The notes under the pieces are model-generated. The model searched no databases and had not been told where the DNA came from. It was given only the letters and a program-made list of their open reading frames with translations. Of a stretch of DNA of 64,000 nucleotides, positions 10,106 through 19,660 are shown one piece after another. Made by a program: the position numbers and the translations under genes. Every line of letters begins with the position of its first letter. Position 1 is the first letter of the stretch. This stretch comes from Patescibacteria group bacterium (GTDB taxonomy: Bacteria; Patescibacteriota; Patescibacteriia; UBA2591; UBA6264), in NCBI GenBank assembly GCA_021735685.1, contig JAIPGN010000001.1, positions 202,678 through 266,677 of the forward strand. Direction: 5' to 3'.

Positions 10106-10380
10106 AATAAAAATATTCTTTAAGTCGGCGTTTTAACAATCTTTGACCTTGGCTTGTTTTTAAATATTTTTCTCTACGTATAGCATCGTTTTTATTTAAG
10201 CAAGCTTCATAATGTATCAATTCCCATGGCCGGTATGGCTTGGTGGATTTAACTAATCCTTTATTGTGTTTTTCTAATCGTTCTTTTAAATTCGTAGTAT
10301 AACCAATATAGAGTTGGTTGTTATTTTTGCTTTGGATAACATAATTATAGAAAAACATAATTTTCAAAATTTCTCTACGG
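10074..10380. mobile_element. Inverted-repeat-bounded GIY-YIG mini-element
   Basis: IRs at 10074-10091 (CCGTAGAATAATTTTGAA) and 10363-10380 match at 16/18 positions and enclose only the GIY-YIG ORF. Confidence 0.65.
10092..10358 (-). CDS. Stand-alone GIY-YIG nuclease (UPF0213-like)
   Basis: YNYVIQS...LYIGYT.NL..RL..HN.G...STK..RPW.L.HYE...A..REKYLK; ATG at 10358 preferred over the TTG at 10367. Confidence 0.9.
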   Translation of the reverse strand: MFFYNYVIQSKNNNQLYIGYTTNLKERLEKHNKGLVKSTKPYRPWELIHYEACLNKNDAIRREKYLKTSQGQRLLKRRLKEYFYYENK

Positions 10381-10383
10381 GGT

Positions 10384-11535
10384 TTACAAGCATTCTTTAA
10401 GATTTTTGACTATATATTTAATTTGCTTTTGAGTGAGGTTGTTGTAAAAGGGGAGGGCAATGGTTTGTTGGGAGATTTTTTCAGTTATCGGAAAGTCTCC
10501 TTTTTTGTATTGAAATTTTTTTCGATAGAGAGGTTGAAGGTGGATGGGTTGGAAATAATTACTACAGGCAATTCCTTTAGCTCTTAGTTTTTTTAAAATT
10601 TGGTCGCGATTTTTCTTAATTTGAACCACATAAACAAACCAAGAAATTTTAGCTTGAGGATTACGATAGGGGATTTGAATCTCGGGAATGTTCTTTAATT
10701 CTTGATCATACATTTTAGCCACTTTCTCTCTCTTTTTTAATATTTCTTGGAGACGAGAGAGTTGGGTTAATCCCAGGGCAGCGTTAATATCGCTCATGCG
10801 ATAATTGTAGCCTAAATAAAAATGTTCAAGCCATTTGCCATTTTCTACCTTTCTTCCTTGATTCATTAAGGCTCGGCAATGGTCGGCTATTTTTTTATTA
10901 TTAGTTACAATCAAGCCCCCTTCGCCAGTGGTTATTTGTTTATTGGGGTAAAAAGCAAAAGTGGCTGCATCTCCAAAGCTTCCACATTTACGCCAAGGGG
11001 ATTGTTTCCGAACGGGGACTGCTCCCGATTTATACTCTGCTCCGATAGCCTCGCAAGAATCTTCAATTATTTTCAAATTATACTTCTTGGCGATTTTTGA
11101 AATTTTGTCCCAGTCAGCTGGAAAGCCAAAAACATCTACAATGACCATAGCTTTTAGTTTTTTCCTCTTTTCAGCAGGCAGATTGGTGATTGTTTTTTCT
11201 ATTTTACCAGGATCAATATTCAGCGTTAAGGGATCAATATCCACAAAAATTGGTTTAGCTTTTTCGTATAAAATGCAGTTAGCAGAGGCAATGAAAGAAA
11301 AAGGCGTAGTGATTACTCCATCGCCCTCTTTAATTCCTATTGATTTAATTAATAAATGAAGAGCAGAAGTGCCCGAATTAACTGCTATCGCATATTTGGC
11401 CCCAATATATTGGGCAAATTTTTCTTCAAATTCTTTTAGTTTGGGGCCCAAAGCTAAATTGGGCGTTTTTAAAACATCTAAAACCGCTTTTCTCTCTTTT
11501 TCTGTTATATCTGGATTTGATAAGGGAATTTTCAT
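10384..11535 (-). CDS. DegT/DnrJ/EryC1/StrS sugar aminotransferase
   Basis: NSGTSALHL, IEDSCEAIG, FYPNKQITTGEGG, GYNYRMSD. Confidence 0.95.
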   Translation of the reverse strand: MKIPLSNPDITEKERKAVLDVLKTPNLALGPKLKEFEEKFAQYIGAKYAIAVNSGTSALHLLIKSIGIKEGDGVITTPFSFIASANCILYEKAKPIFVDIDPLTLNIDPGKIEKTITNLPAEKRKKLKAMVIVDVFGFPADWDKISKIAKKYNLKIIEDSCEAIGAEYKSGAVPVRKQSPWRKCGSFGDAATFAFYPNKQITTGEGGLIVTNNKKIADHCRALMNQGRKVENGKWLEHFYLGYNYRMSDINAALGLTQLSRLQEILKKREKVAKMYDQELKNIPEIQIPYRNPQAKISWFVYVVQIKKNRDQILKKLRAKGIACSNYFQPIHLQPLYRKKFQYKKGDFPITEKISQQTIALPFYNNLTQKQIKYIVKNLKECL

Positions 11536-11576
11536 GTAAATAATATATTAGTGATAATAATGGAGATGATTGAAAT

Positions 11577-11616
11577 TGTGGATAAGTTTTGACAAAAATT
11601 TCAATTATGTTATATT
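11577..11616 (+). promoter_or_regulatory. Inverted DnaA box + sigma70 promoter for a small RNA
   Basis: TGTGGATAA (11577-11585), TTGACA (11589-11594), 16 nt, extended -10 TG-T-TATATT (11611-11616). Confidence 0.7.
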
Positions 11617-11621
11617 AATAA

Positions 11622-11679
11622 ATGGTGCTTGGAGGGCTTTGGCCCTGTCACGGCTATCCAAGCTGTAGCCAAGCGCCAT
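11622..11679 (+). ncRNA. Putative small structured RNA (three-way junction)
   Basis: P1 ATGGTGCTT/AAGCGCCAT, hairpin AGGGC-TTTG-GCCCT, hairpin GGCTA/TAGCC; begins 5 nt after the -10; no ORF. Confidence 0.6.
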
Positions 11680-11684
11680 TATTA

Positions 11685-11714
11685 AGACGTTGCGTTTTTA
11701 CGCAACGTTTTTTG
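11685..11714. terminator. Intrinsic terminator between the small RNA and the convergent ORF
   Basis: ACGTTGCGT-tttt-ACGCAACGT followed by a T run. Confidence 0.75.
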
Positions 11715-11715
11715 T

Positions 11716-12207
11716 TTAATTTATGTTTTCTTCCATACTGCTACCATGCAAAATGCGTTTACCGTTTTTTTTGTCGATTTTCCAATAAGGGATAACGCTC
11801 CAGAAATATTTTTCTCCACCAGCCACGTTTTTAATTATAATTTTCAAGCGAATATTGTCTAGAACGGCAATAAATTCATAAAATGTGACATCTTTTAAAA
11901 TTTTTTTCCATTTTCCATTTGTTTTTTGTTGTTCAAATCGTTTAGTTTGCCAGATGCCTTGTAAGGTGTGAGAATTTTTTAGAACCTGTGGAACAAAAGG
12001 CAAAAGTTTTAATCGGGGATATTGATCAATTTGTGGTCTAGCCTGTTGATCTGTCTTGAACTTTAAGTGTCTTAATCCTTTTGCATTGAAAGCGATTTTT
12101 TCTTTAAAATAAGGGCATTTAATGTTATTTATTCTTTTATAAAAATTTTCAGCATCTTTTCTTATTTGGTCAAAATCATCTTTATTTTTAAGGTTAAATT
12201 TCCCCAT
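11716..12207 (-). CDS. Hypothetical basic protein, possible BECR/PBECR-fold RNase
   Basis: CPYF..IAFNAKGL.HLKFK...R...DQY.RLKL...YEFIA...KIIIK..GG.KYFWSVIP; fold assignment is an inference. Confidence 0.55.
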   Translation of the reverse strand: MGKFNLKNKDDFDQIRKDAENFYKRINNIKCPYFKEKIAFNAKGLRHLKFKTDQQARPQIDQYPRLKLLPFVPQVLKNSHTLQGIWQTKRFEQQKTNGKWKKILKDVTFYEFIAVLDNIRLKIIIKNVAGGEKYFWSVIPYWKIDKKNGKRILHGSSMEENIN

Positions 12208-12272
12208 ATTTTCTTTTTTCTTTTTTGATTTTATGTTTTTGAATTGTCATTTTAATTTTTGATATTTACATT

Positions 12273-13211
12273 TTACATTAAATAAACAATGATCCCTACT
12301 CCTACTATTATAGCTTGAACTCCATAGCAAATCAAGACAGTTTTTTTAGTAGATAATCCCTTTAAGTGTAAACGGTCATATAAATGTCCGCGGTCGCCGG
12401 ATAAAGGTGATTTTCCTTGACTCAATCTTCTAATAATAGCCCAGGTAGCGTCAATAATAGGCCAGCCAATAATCAAAATGGGGCCGATAAACTGGCGGAA
12501 GCTATAGACAGGATGACCTGAGAACATAATAGCTAAAAGCGCTAAAGAAAATCCTAAGAAATGACTACCATTGTCTCCCATAAATATAGAAGCTGGATTC
12601 CAGTTATAAAATAAAAAGCCCAGAATTCCGCCTAGAATTCCTAAACCAATGGTTAAGGCGAATAAATTATTGCCTTGAAAAGATAAAAGAATGAAGCCTA
12701 ATAGAGAAATAGCACTTAGTCCGCCAGCTAGACCATCCATACCGTCTTGCATATTTAAAGCATTCATGGCGCCGACAATATAAAAGCCAGCTATTATTGC
12801 TCCAATCCAAGGATTAATAGAAAAACCAAAATTAACCCCAATCTTAATTAAGATGAGGATAATGGCCACTCCAGCTAAAAATTGGCAAAAAAGCTTGAGA
12901 AGGGGATTGCCAAATTTTTTCCATTTTAAGTCATCCCAAAATCCTAGAAAAAGAATAATAATGCTACCAACTAAGAGCCCGAGAGCTTGCAGGCCGGAAA
13001 CTTGATGAAAAACACGAGAAATTCCTAGCCCGGCGCTTAAGCCAATAAAAATACCAATTCCCCCTAGATAAGGAATTGGTTTTTTGTGTATTTTTAAAAC
13101 ATCCCCCTTGGGGTCATCATAAAGGTGGAGTTTGATTGCTAGTTTTTTGAGAAGGGGAATGGCGACAAGAGAAAAAACAAAAGCGATTAAAAAAGATAAT
13201 AATAAATTCAT
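12273..13211 (-). CDS. MraY/WecA/TagO-family polyprenyl-phosphate HexNAc-1-P transferase
   Basis: HKKPIPYLGG, GFWDD, NALNMQDGMDGLA, NWNPASIFMGDNGS, DRGHLYDRL. Confidence 0.92.
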   Translation of the reverse strand: MNLLLSFLIAFVFSLVAIPLLKKLAIKLHLYDDPKGDVLKIHKKPIPYLGGIGIFIGLSAGLGISRVFHQVSGLQALGLLVGSIIILFLGFWDDLKWKKFGNPLLKLFCQFLAGVAIILILIKIGVNFGFSINPWIGAIIAGFYIVGAMNALNMQDGMDGLAGGLSAISLLGFILLSFQGNNLFALTIGLGILGGILGFLFYNWNPASIFMGDNGSHFLGFSLALLAIMFSGHPVYSFRQFIGPILIIGWPIIDATWAIIRRLSQGKSPLSGDRGHLYDRLHLKGLSTKKTVLICYGVQAIIVGVGIIVYLM

Positions 13212-13215
13212 TTTT

Positions 13216-14049
13216 TTATTTTATATTTTTTTGATAATACTTATAATCTTTCTCTAGGTCAATAAATTCAGCATGAATGGGGTATTTCTTTTTAATTTTT
13301 TCTCCTGGCATCTTCATAAAATCATTCCCATATCTTAGTTTCAAGTATTGTTTCACTTTATTGGGAACAGGAAGAAAGGTGTCGGCAAATTTTATAAATT
13401 TAGGTTTTCCTAGATAATTTTTGGGGAAGGAGGTATGTTTAAATTCTGCTTTTCCGAAAAAATGTCCTACATATTTAGTTTTTTTCTTATTTAGGCTCCT
13501 TACAAATTTAATCAATATTTTTTTTATAGGTTTTTTTATAATTTTCTTTGCTATATGTATTGCTATTTTTTTCTTTTTATTGTTTGTTTTGTATCCTCGT
13601 TCTGCTAATGTTTGGGCAGTAAGTATTCTAGCACAAAGATATTGAAGATAGCGATAAATGTAATTACTAGAAACATTGTTTAGGCACATAATATCAACAT
13701 ATATTCCTTTATGCATTTTTCTGTTTTCGACCCCTTTCTCGATAAATGTTGTGTTGTTCATTCGTATTTTAGTAAAAAACATTGGCCACTCTTCGGTATT
13801 TTCTTCTTGTAGGTGAAAATTTTTAGTATCTAAGTTTACTTTACATGCCTTAATAAATTTTTTGTAGTTTTTGTAAGTCATAAAGACATCAAAATCGTCG
13901 TCCCATGGGATAAATCCTTGATGGCGCATGGCTCCAAGAGCTGATCCTCCCATAAGATAATAAGTTATTTCGTTTTCTTTGCAGAATTTATCTAAATATT
14001 TTGCTATTTCGAGTATTTTAGATTGCAGGTCTTTAATATTTTTTGTCAT
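13216..14049 (-). CDS. LicD family phosphotransferase
   Basis: GGSALGAMRHQGFIPWDDDFDV, IYVDI, YLKLRYG. Confidence 0.92.
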   Translation of the reverse strand: MTKNIKDLQSKILEIAKYLDKFCKENEITYYLMGGSALGAMRHQGFIPWDDDFDVFMTYKNYKKFIKACKVNLDTKNFHLQEENTEEWPMFFTKIRMNNTTFIEKGVENRKMHKGIYVDIMCLNNVSSNYIYRYLQYLCARILTAQTLAERGYKTNNKKKKIAIHIAKKIIKKPIKKILIKFVRSLNKKKTKYVGHFFGKAEFKHTSFPKNYLGKPKFIKFADTFLPVPNKVKQYLKLRYGNDFMKMPGEKIKKKYPIHAEFIDLEKDYKYYQKNIK

Positions 14050-14056
14050 ATAATTT

Positions 14057-14923
14057 TCAAATTTTTTTAGCTAAATAATAGAAGTTGCTTAAAATTTTTT
14101 TTATAAATTTATTTTTAGCAAAAAAGTTGGTTGTTTTTTTAAGGATTTTAAATATTAAGATTTTAATTTTTGTCTTTAAGTAACATTTATTCCATCTATG
14201 TGGGTGCGTGCTTATTATTAAAGATTTATTTTTCTTGATTAAGTCTAAAAAAGTTTTTTTATTTAATTTTATATTTTGGTTTTTTATTTTTTTCTTGTCG
14301 TCATTTTTTATGTCTTTGACTATTTGCCATTTATAGCCAGTATCAGAAATGTATATATAATTATCTTTATCGTAAATATTTATTACAATGTCTTTTATTT
14401 TTTTGAATTTTTTTTGAATTTTTTTATTTTTAAAAAAATCTTTATTTGATGACCAATTTTTTCTTTTCAAGACAGGATTACCATGTGGGCAAATTGTTTT
14501 TATGGCAAAACCTAATTTTTTAAATTTTTTAATATTTTTAGAGAACTCTAATAATGATTTTTCCCAATTCCCTTTGTTTGAGTCAAGAACGTCATAATGA
14601 TAAGCAATTTCATGTCCCAACTTTTTTATTTTTTCAAGAATCTCAATATTTTTTTTATTGCTCAAGAGATAAGCTTGAATATAAAAAGTGGATGGCAGGT
14701 TGTATCTATGCTCAATTTTGGCTATATCTAAAGCTTTTTTTAAATTTGTCTCAACATCATGTTTTAATATAATATGCTTAGGCCCTCTTTCGTCACAAGC
14801 ATCTCTTGCTTTAATAAAAGGAATATTAGCCCTTGTTTTCAATAATGAACATAGTTGATCCCATTTTTTATGAGTAAACATTAAGTTAATTTTAAAAAAA
14901 ATTTTCTTCTGTAATCTTGTCAA
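14057..14923 (-). CDS. Polysaccharide deacetylase-like protein
   Basis: ILKHDVE, STFYI, GHEIAYHY, CPHG, YISDTG, THPHRW; likely start at 14881. Confidence 0.7.
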   Translation of the reverse strand: MTRLQKKIFFKINLMFTHKKWDQLCSLLKTRANIPFIKARDACDERGPKHIILKHDVETNLKKALDIAKIEHRYNLPSTFYIQAYLLSNKKNIEILEKIKKLGHEIAYHYDVLDSNKGNWEKSLLEFSKNIKKFKKLGFAIKTICPHGNPVLKRKNWSSNKDFFKNKKIQKKFKKIKDIVINIYDKDNYIYISDTGYKWQIVKDIKNDDKKKIKNQNIKLNKKTFLDLIKKNKSLIISTHPHRWNKCYLKTKIKILIFKILKKTTNFFAKNKFIKKILSNFYYLAKKI

Positions 14924-15335
14924 TTATTCCTCGTAATTTAGTTGAAGAGATGTTTTTTGTATAAGGAAAATACTCGACTTTTGTTCCGTATTTATTTAAG
15001 GTTTTTTCTACTTGATTGAACAATTTGCTTCCTTTCCAGTCGTCACCAACGAACATTACATCGAAACTTATTTTTTTAAAAGCTTGAATTTTATCACGAT
15101 TTTCTTGAGGCACAACCTTATCAACATATTTTATGGATTTAATTATAGCAACACGTTCTTTAAATGGTATTATTGGCTTTTTGTTTTTATAGCTTAAAAC
15201 TAATTCGTCCGTGCTTACTCCGACTATGAGATAATCGCACATTTTCTTTGCCTTTTTTAAAATATTTAAATGCCCTATGTGAAACATGTCAAACACTCCT
15301 GTAGTGTAGCCAATTTTATATATTTTTTTCGTCAT
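14892..15335 (-). CDS. tagD: Glycerol-3-phosphate cytidylyltransferase-like protein
   Basis: GYTTGVFDMFHIGHLN, VGVSTDE, FVGDDW, YTKNISST. Confidence 0.85.
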   Translation of the reverse strand: MTKKIYKIGYTTGVFDMFHIGHLNILKKAKKMCDYLIVGVSTDELVLSYKNKKPIIPFKERVAIIKSIKYVDKVVPQENRDKIQAFKKISFDVMFVGDDWKGSKLFNQVEKTLNKYGTKVEYFPYTKNISSTKLRGIIDKITEENFF

Positions 15336-15403
15336 ATTTATTAATGCATTAAATTAACAAGTTTGTGTGTTTGTTGTTTTAATTTTTAACCTTTGCGATA
15401 AGT

Positions 15404-16264
15404 TTAAGTTTTCCTAAATAGTTTTCGAAAGATATATTTACGTATATTGTTTGGCAAAAGGATTTGCACGGCGAAACGAGATAAAGCATTAAATAGATAC
15501 TGAAAAGGGTTGATTATTTTATTTTTTAGCATATATTTTTGTAATTTGATTTCGCTTTTGAAGTATTTCCACCCCCCACGCCTTTTGTAGGTTTCTTTAT
15601 CTATTCTTACGTAAACTAAATTGTCAGGCAAATTTTTAAAGTTACAACCGATTTCATGCATTCTGACCCAAAGATAGTAGTCTTCTTCACAATACCAATC
15701 TATATATCCACCAGCTTTCAACGTAGATGATTTTCGCATCATTACAGTTACTTGGTTAAAGGGACATCTTTTTTTTAAATATTTTTTTATTCTAGAATCA
15801 TTTAGCGGAACACATCTTATTCCTATAATATTTTTAATTGAATTGATAAATTCATAAATTTGACCTCCAACTACATCAAGATTTTTATTGTTCTGAAAAC
15901 AAGCAAGTTGTTTTTCAAAACGATCGGAAACGGAAATATCATCGCTATCCATTAAGGCGACCAACTCGTGGTCAGCTGCTTTAATACCTATTTGGCGGGC
16001 GATAGCATGTCCTTTATTTTGGGAAAGTCGAATGAATTTGAAGTTTTTGAGAGAATTTTTGAATTTATCTATAACTTTATTAATATCTTCAGGCACTGGG
16101 CCATCGACCACCAAGATAATTTCAGATGGTTTTATTGTTTGATTAACAATACTTTCAATTGCTTTACGGAAATGTTCAGCATCATCTTTTTTGTAAACGG
16201 AAATGCAAACAGAAAATTTTGTAATCTTATTCTTTTTTATTTTAAAGCTTGATGATTTATTCAT
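15404..16264 (-). CDS. GT2 glycosyltransferase (AmsE-like)
   Basis: FSVCISVY, VVDGPV, MDSDDIS, EDYYLWVR, RRGGWKY. Confidence 0.9.
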   Translation of the reverse strand: MNKSSSFKIKKNKITKFSVCISVYKKDDAEHFRKAIESIVNQTIKPSEIILVVDGPVPEDINKVIDKFKNSLKNFKFIRLSQNKGHAIARQIGIKAADHELVALMDSDDISVSDRFEKQLACFQNNKNLDVVGGQIYEFINSIKNIIGIRCVPLNDSRIKKYLKKRCPFNQVTVMMRKSSTLKAGGYIDWYCEEDYYLWVRMHEIGCNFKNLPDNLVYVRIDKETYKRRGGWKYFKSEIKLQKYMLKNKIINPFQYLFNALSRFAVQILLPNNIRKYIFRKLFRKT

Positions 16265-17405
16265 TGTTAGGAGTGAAAATTCTTTTTATAAATTTATCAA
16301 TAGTATATTTTTGAACTTTTTTAAAAGCATTTATTTTTGTTTTTTTATAAATTTTTTTATTTTGTATTAATTGATCTATTTTTTCAAAAAAACTATCATC
16401 GTTGTTAAATTTTGCAAAAATAATTTCTTTTTTGTCTTCGAAAATTACAGGCAAAGAACCGACTGGCGTACTTACTACTGGCAATCCATTGGCCATGGCT
16501 TCAAGAATTACCCTCGGAGAACCTTCAGAAAGACTAGCAAATAAAAAAATATCATGAGCCCGGTATAATTTGTTTAATTTTTTTCTGCTATCAATATGAC
16601 CCAAGAAGTCTACTTGAGAATCTAATTCTTTCTTTGTGACAATTGATTTCAATTCTTTTTCAAATTCTCCTTCTCCGGCTATTGTCAATTTTGCATTGGA
16701 GTATTTTTTGATTATTTTAGAAAAGGCAGAAATAATAATTTCGACACCTTTTGCCGTTCTAAGACCTCCAACATATAATAATTTAGGTGATTTTGTTATT
16801 TCTTTTTTTATATTAAAACAAAAATCTTTTTTAATCAAAGTAGATGATATAAGTGGAGTAATATTCATTTGGTATTTTTTTAATTTATCGGCTATATGAT
16901 AGCCGTTAGAAAAAACTGTTGCCCCTTTACAGGCCCATATATAGGCCCTGAATTCGAATCTGAAGAAGAATAATAAAAGATTTTTTTTAAGACTATTAAA
17001 ATTGGGGTTATTTTTGATAACATCAATAGGGTCACCTACAAAATGAATAATCCTTTTTTTGTTAGCGAAAAATATTTTAGATAGCCATCCGAAAGGATTA
17101 GGGAATCTAACATAATAAATATCGTATTTTTTTGATAAAACGCTAAAAGCTTTTATATAATAGAGAACTTTTTTTATGGCATTTAGGTAATTTTTATTAA
17201 AAGGCAAATCATAAATAACAATACCTTTGATGTTTTTTAGAGAACGATATTCTGTGTTCAATGTTTTTTTGACGGGAGAAAGTAAACAAATTTCTTCGTA
17301 ATATTTTGATATCTCTTTTAAATATACCAACTGTGTATATGGTATATAATATTCTGATTTAATTTTATGCAGAAGCCATCCTTGTATAACAATTTTTTTA
17401 TTCAT
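16257..17405 (-). CDS. GT4 glycosyltransferase
   Basis: YVGGLRTAKG and SEGSPRVILEAMANGLPVV (EX7E). Confidence 0.9.
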   Translation of the reverse strand: MNKKIVIQGWLLHKIKSEYYIPYTQLVYLKEISKYYEEICLLSPVKKTLNTEYRSLKNIKGIVIYDLPFNKNYLNAIKKVLYYIKAFSVLSKKYDIYYVRFPNPFGWLSKIFFANKKRIIHFVGDPIDVIKNNPNFNSLKKNLLLFFFRFEFRAYIWACKGATVFSNGYHIADKLKKYQMNITPLISSTLIKKDFCFNIKKEITKSPKLLYVGGLRTAKGVEIIISAFSKIIKKYSNAKLTIAGEGEFEKELKSIVTKKELDSQVDFLGHIDSRKKLNKLYRAHDIFLFASLSEGSPRVILEAMANGLPVVSTPVGSLPVIFEDKKEIIFAKFNNDDSFFEKIDQLIQNKKIYKKTKINAFKKVQKYTIDKFIKRIFTPNNE

Positions 17406-18645
17406 TTTTTTTGTTTTCTATATTAGATAATTTAATACTTAACCCTAGCACGAGAGCGGTGGTGGGCATAAATAGAACTTCGTGAGAGGTAAGGCCACGA
17501 ACCAGGATCATAACGACGGACAAGAGAAAAATCGATGCATATTTATCCTCTTCAATCTCTTTTTTTGCGAGGCGATACTTGTTAAGAGAATTAATAATAA
17601 GAGTTATCATCAAAATAATAACTATAAAACCACTTAAACCTAACTCTGATAATAAAGTTAAATAAATACAATGGGTGTCAAGAAGATCAAATCTTTTTTC
17701 TATTTGCGGGTTATTATTTTTATAATTAACATATCGACCTGAGCTTATTCCTAATAATGGTTTTTTTTGAAATATTATTATTGTTTTTTTAATTTGCGTC
17801 GACCTTCCAGATAAACTTCCGTCATTCATGAGTTCATCTTTTACAAAAATACCGCTGATTCGTTCTTTTATTTTATTAATTGTTGAGGGATTTGAATTTA
17901 TGCCATAAGATAGGCACGCAACCAGTAATATAAGCGTAAAGATTATATGTTTTTTATTTTTAGATAATAAAAAAATGCAAACAATGGATGTAGCCATTAT
18001 TAACCACGCAAATCTGCTCACGGTTAATATTTGAGCCGAGGATATAATTATAAAAATAATAACCCAAAATATTTTTTGTTTTTTTCTCTTTGCAAAAATA
18101 AATAAAAAGGCAAGAGCAAAAGGATAAACGCCGACAGTCCAATTGCTTAGAGAATTTTTGGTGGCGAATGAAAATGGATTCACGTAAAATTTTATTGCTC
18201 CGCAAAAGTATTTAACAAGACCATATAGGCAAATAATACTTACGGCTATAGTTGTGGCCTTTATCACAACAATTACATCTTGTCGGTTTTTGAGCGTAGC
18301 AGCTATAAGAAGGGTTGTGCAAAAAAAGCTTGACCATTTTATTAAAGCATTCATATTAAATGTTCCGTTGGCCAAAAAAGAAGAGAGTATGATAGTTAAA
18401 AAAACGCAAAAAATTAATAAGTATTTTTTTAACCCCTTAAAAGATAGTAGATTGAATGGCAGAGATAGGAGAAATATTATAGGCATTAATAAAAATGCCG
18501 GGTGCACCGACGTGTCTAAGATATTTATTCTTAGTTTCTGCCATAAGGAAAATATCAAGAGTAAAGAAAATAAACACCAAAGCTTCCCCATTAGTGTCAA
18601 AGGTTCCTTTTTTTGCTTGCTACTGTTATAAGTTAAATGATTCAT
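17398..18645 (-). CDS. O-antigen polymerase/ligase (Wzy/WaaL-like)
   Basis: Multi-TM, TVSR, GR...PLLGI, THCIYLTLLSELGL.G. Confidence 0.8.
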   Translation of the reverse strand: MNHLTYNSSKQKKEPLTLMGKLWCLFSLLLIFSLWQKLRINILDTSVHPAFLLMPIIFLLSLPFNLLSFKGLKKYLLIFCVFLTIILSSFLANGTFNMNALIKWSSFFCTTLLIAATLKNRQDVIVVIKATTIAVSIICLYGLVKYFCGAIKFYVNPFSFATKNSLSNWTVGVYPFALAFLFIFAKRKKQKIFWVIIFIIISSAQILTVSRFAWLIMATSIVCIFLLSKNKKHIIFTLILLVACLSYGINSNPSTINKIKERISGIFVKDELMNDGSLSGRSTQIKKTIIIFQKKPLLGISSGRYVNYKNNNPQIEKRFDLLDTHCIYLTLLSELGLSGFIVIILMITLIINSLNKYRLAKKEIEEDKYASIFLLSVVMILVRGLTSHEVLFMPTTALVLGLSIKLSNIENKKNE

Positions 18646-19660
18646 TGATAAATTTTAAAAGTGAACGGGCCATTTCTTCTTCGACTGTTAGGCTTTTTTT
18701 AATTTTGATCCAATTATTATTGTTTTTTGTATAGAAAAAGTCGGCATATAAGATAGTGTATATGCCAAAATATAATGCTTGAAATTCTATGAGATAACAT
18801 TTGTCTTTTTTTATTGCGACATCTAAGGACAAGTAAGGAGATTTTATCGTTTCGTTTATTTTGTGACAGAAATTTAGAAGGTTTTCTGGTGGAGTTTCAT
18901 AGGTAAATTTATAGCTACCGCTGGCCCTGAAGTCATTTTTTTTTACTCCTCGTTTTAGTGCATAGTAATGGTTACTATAAATAAGAATTTTCCAATCATT
19001 TTGAAGTCCAGGAACATATTCTTGTATTACGAATTTATTGGTGTTATTTCTGTAAATTCTCTCCTTATCTCTTATTCCCATCAAGTAAGCCAGCACTGCT
19101 CTTGCAGAGAAGAATGTCTTTTTAAATAATGAATCAAAAATAGAGGATATTTGTTTAGATTTTTTCTTTGCTTGTTTGTGGTTTTCAAGAAGGCAAACTT
19201 TTTTACTTCCGGAACCATCAGGGATTTTGAGCACCAAGGGAAATTTAAATTTTAGAATATTTTCCGAAAATTCTTTAAAGGAGCCGAAGGATTTGCCTTG
19301 TAGGTTGCCAAAATTTAGAATTTTTTTATAGATTTCTTGGAAACATTTATTGTGATGGGCTCTGAATAAATAGAAATTAGGGACCAGAACGCCGCCTTGT
19401 TTTTTTATTCCCAGAAGAATATCTTCTATATAATCTTTGTATTTACCTACCTCGCAGCTTGAATAGAGTACTATTTTATTATTGAAGTTGATTTTTTGAA
19501 AATTTATTTCAGAAAATTTAAGTATTTCGATTTCAATTCCGCTTTCCTTTAAGAGGTGAGCGAATTTATCTAGACTAAATTCATGTTTGTCCCATTCGGA
19601 GTAAAAGCGATTATCATAATCTAATAGAATATAAATTTTTTTTGTTACTTTGTTATCCAT
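18626..19660 (-). CDS. ATP-grasp (RimK-like) ligase
   Basis: FPLVLK...GSGSKKV, VIQEYVPGL..DWKI, DFRASGS, SLDV, LIEFQ. Confidence 0.85.
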   Translation of the reverse strand: MDNKVTKKIYILLDYDNRFYSEWDKHEFSLDKFAHLLKESGIEIEILKFSEINFQKINFNNKIVLYSSCEVGKYKDYIEDILLGIKKQGGVLVPNFYLFRAHHNKCFQEIYKKILNFGNLQGKSFGSFKEFSENILKFKFPLVLKIPDGSGSKKVCLLENHKQAKKKSKQISSIFDSLFKKTFFSARAVLAYLMGIRDKERIYRNNTNKFVIQEYVPGLQNDWKILIYSNHYYALKRGVKKNDFRASGSYKFTYETPPENLLNFCHKINETIKSPYLSLDVAIKKDKCYLIEFQALYFGIYTILYADFFYTKNNNNWIKIKKSLTVEEEMARSLLKFINESFNL

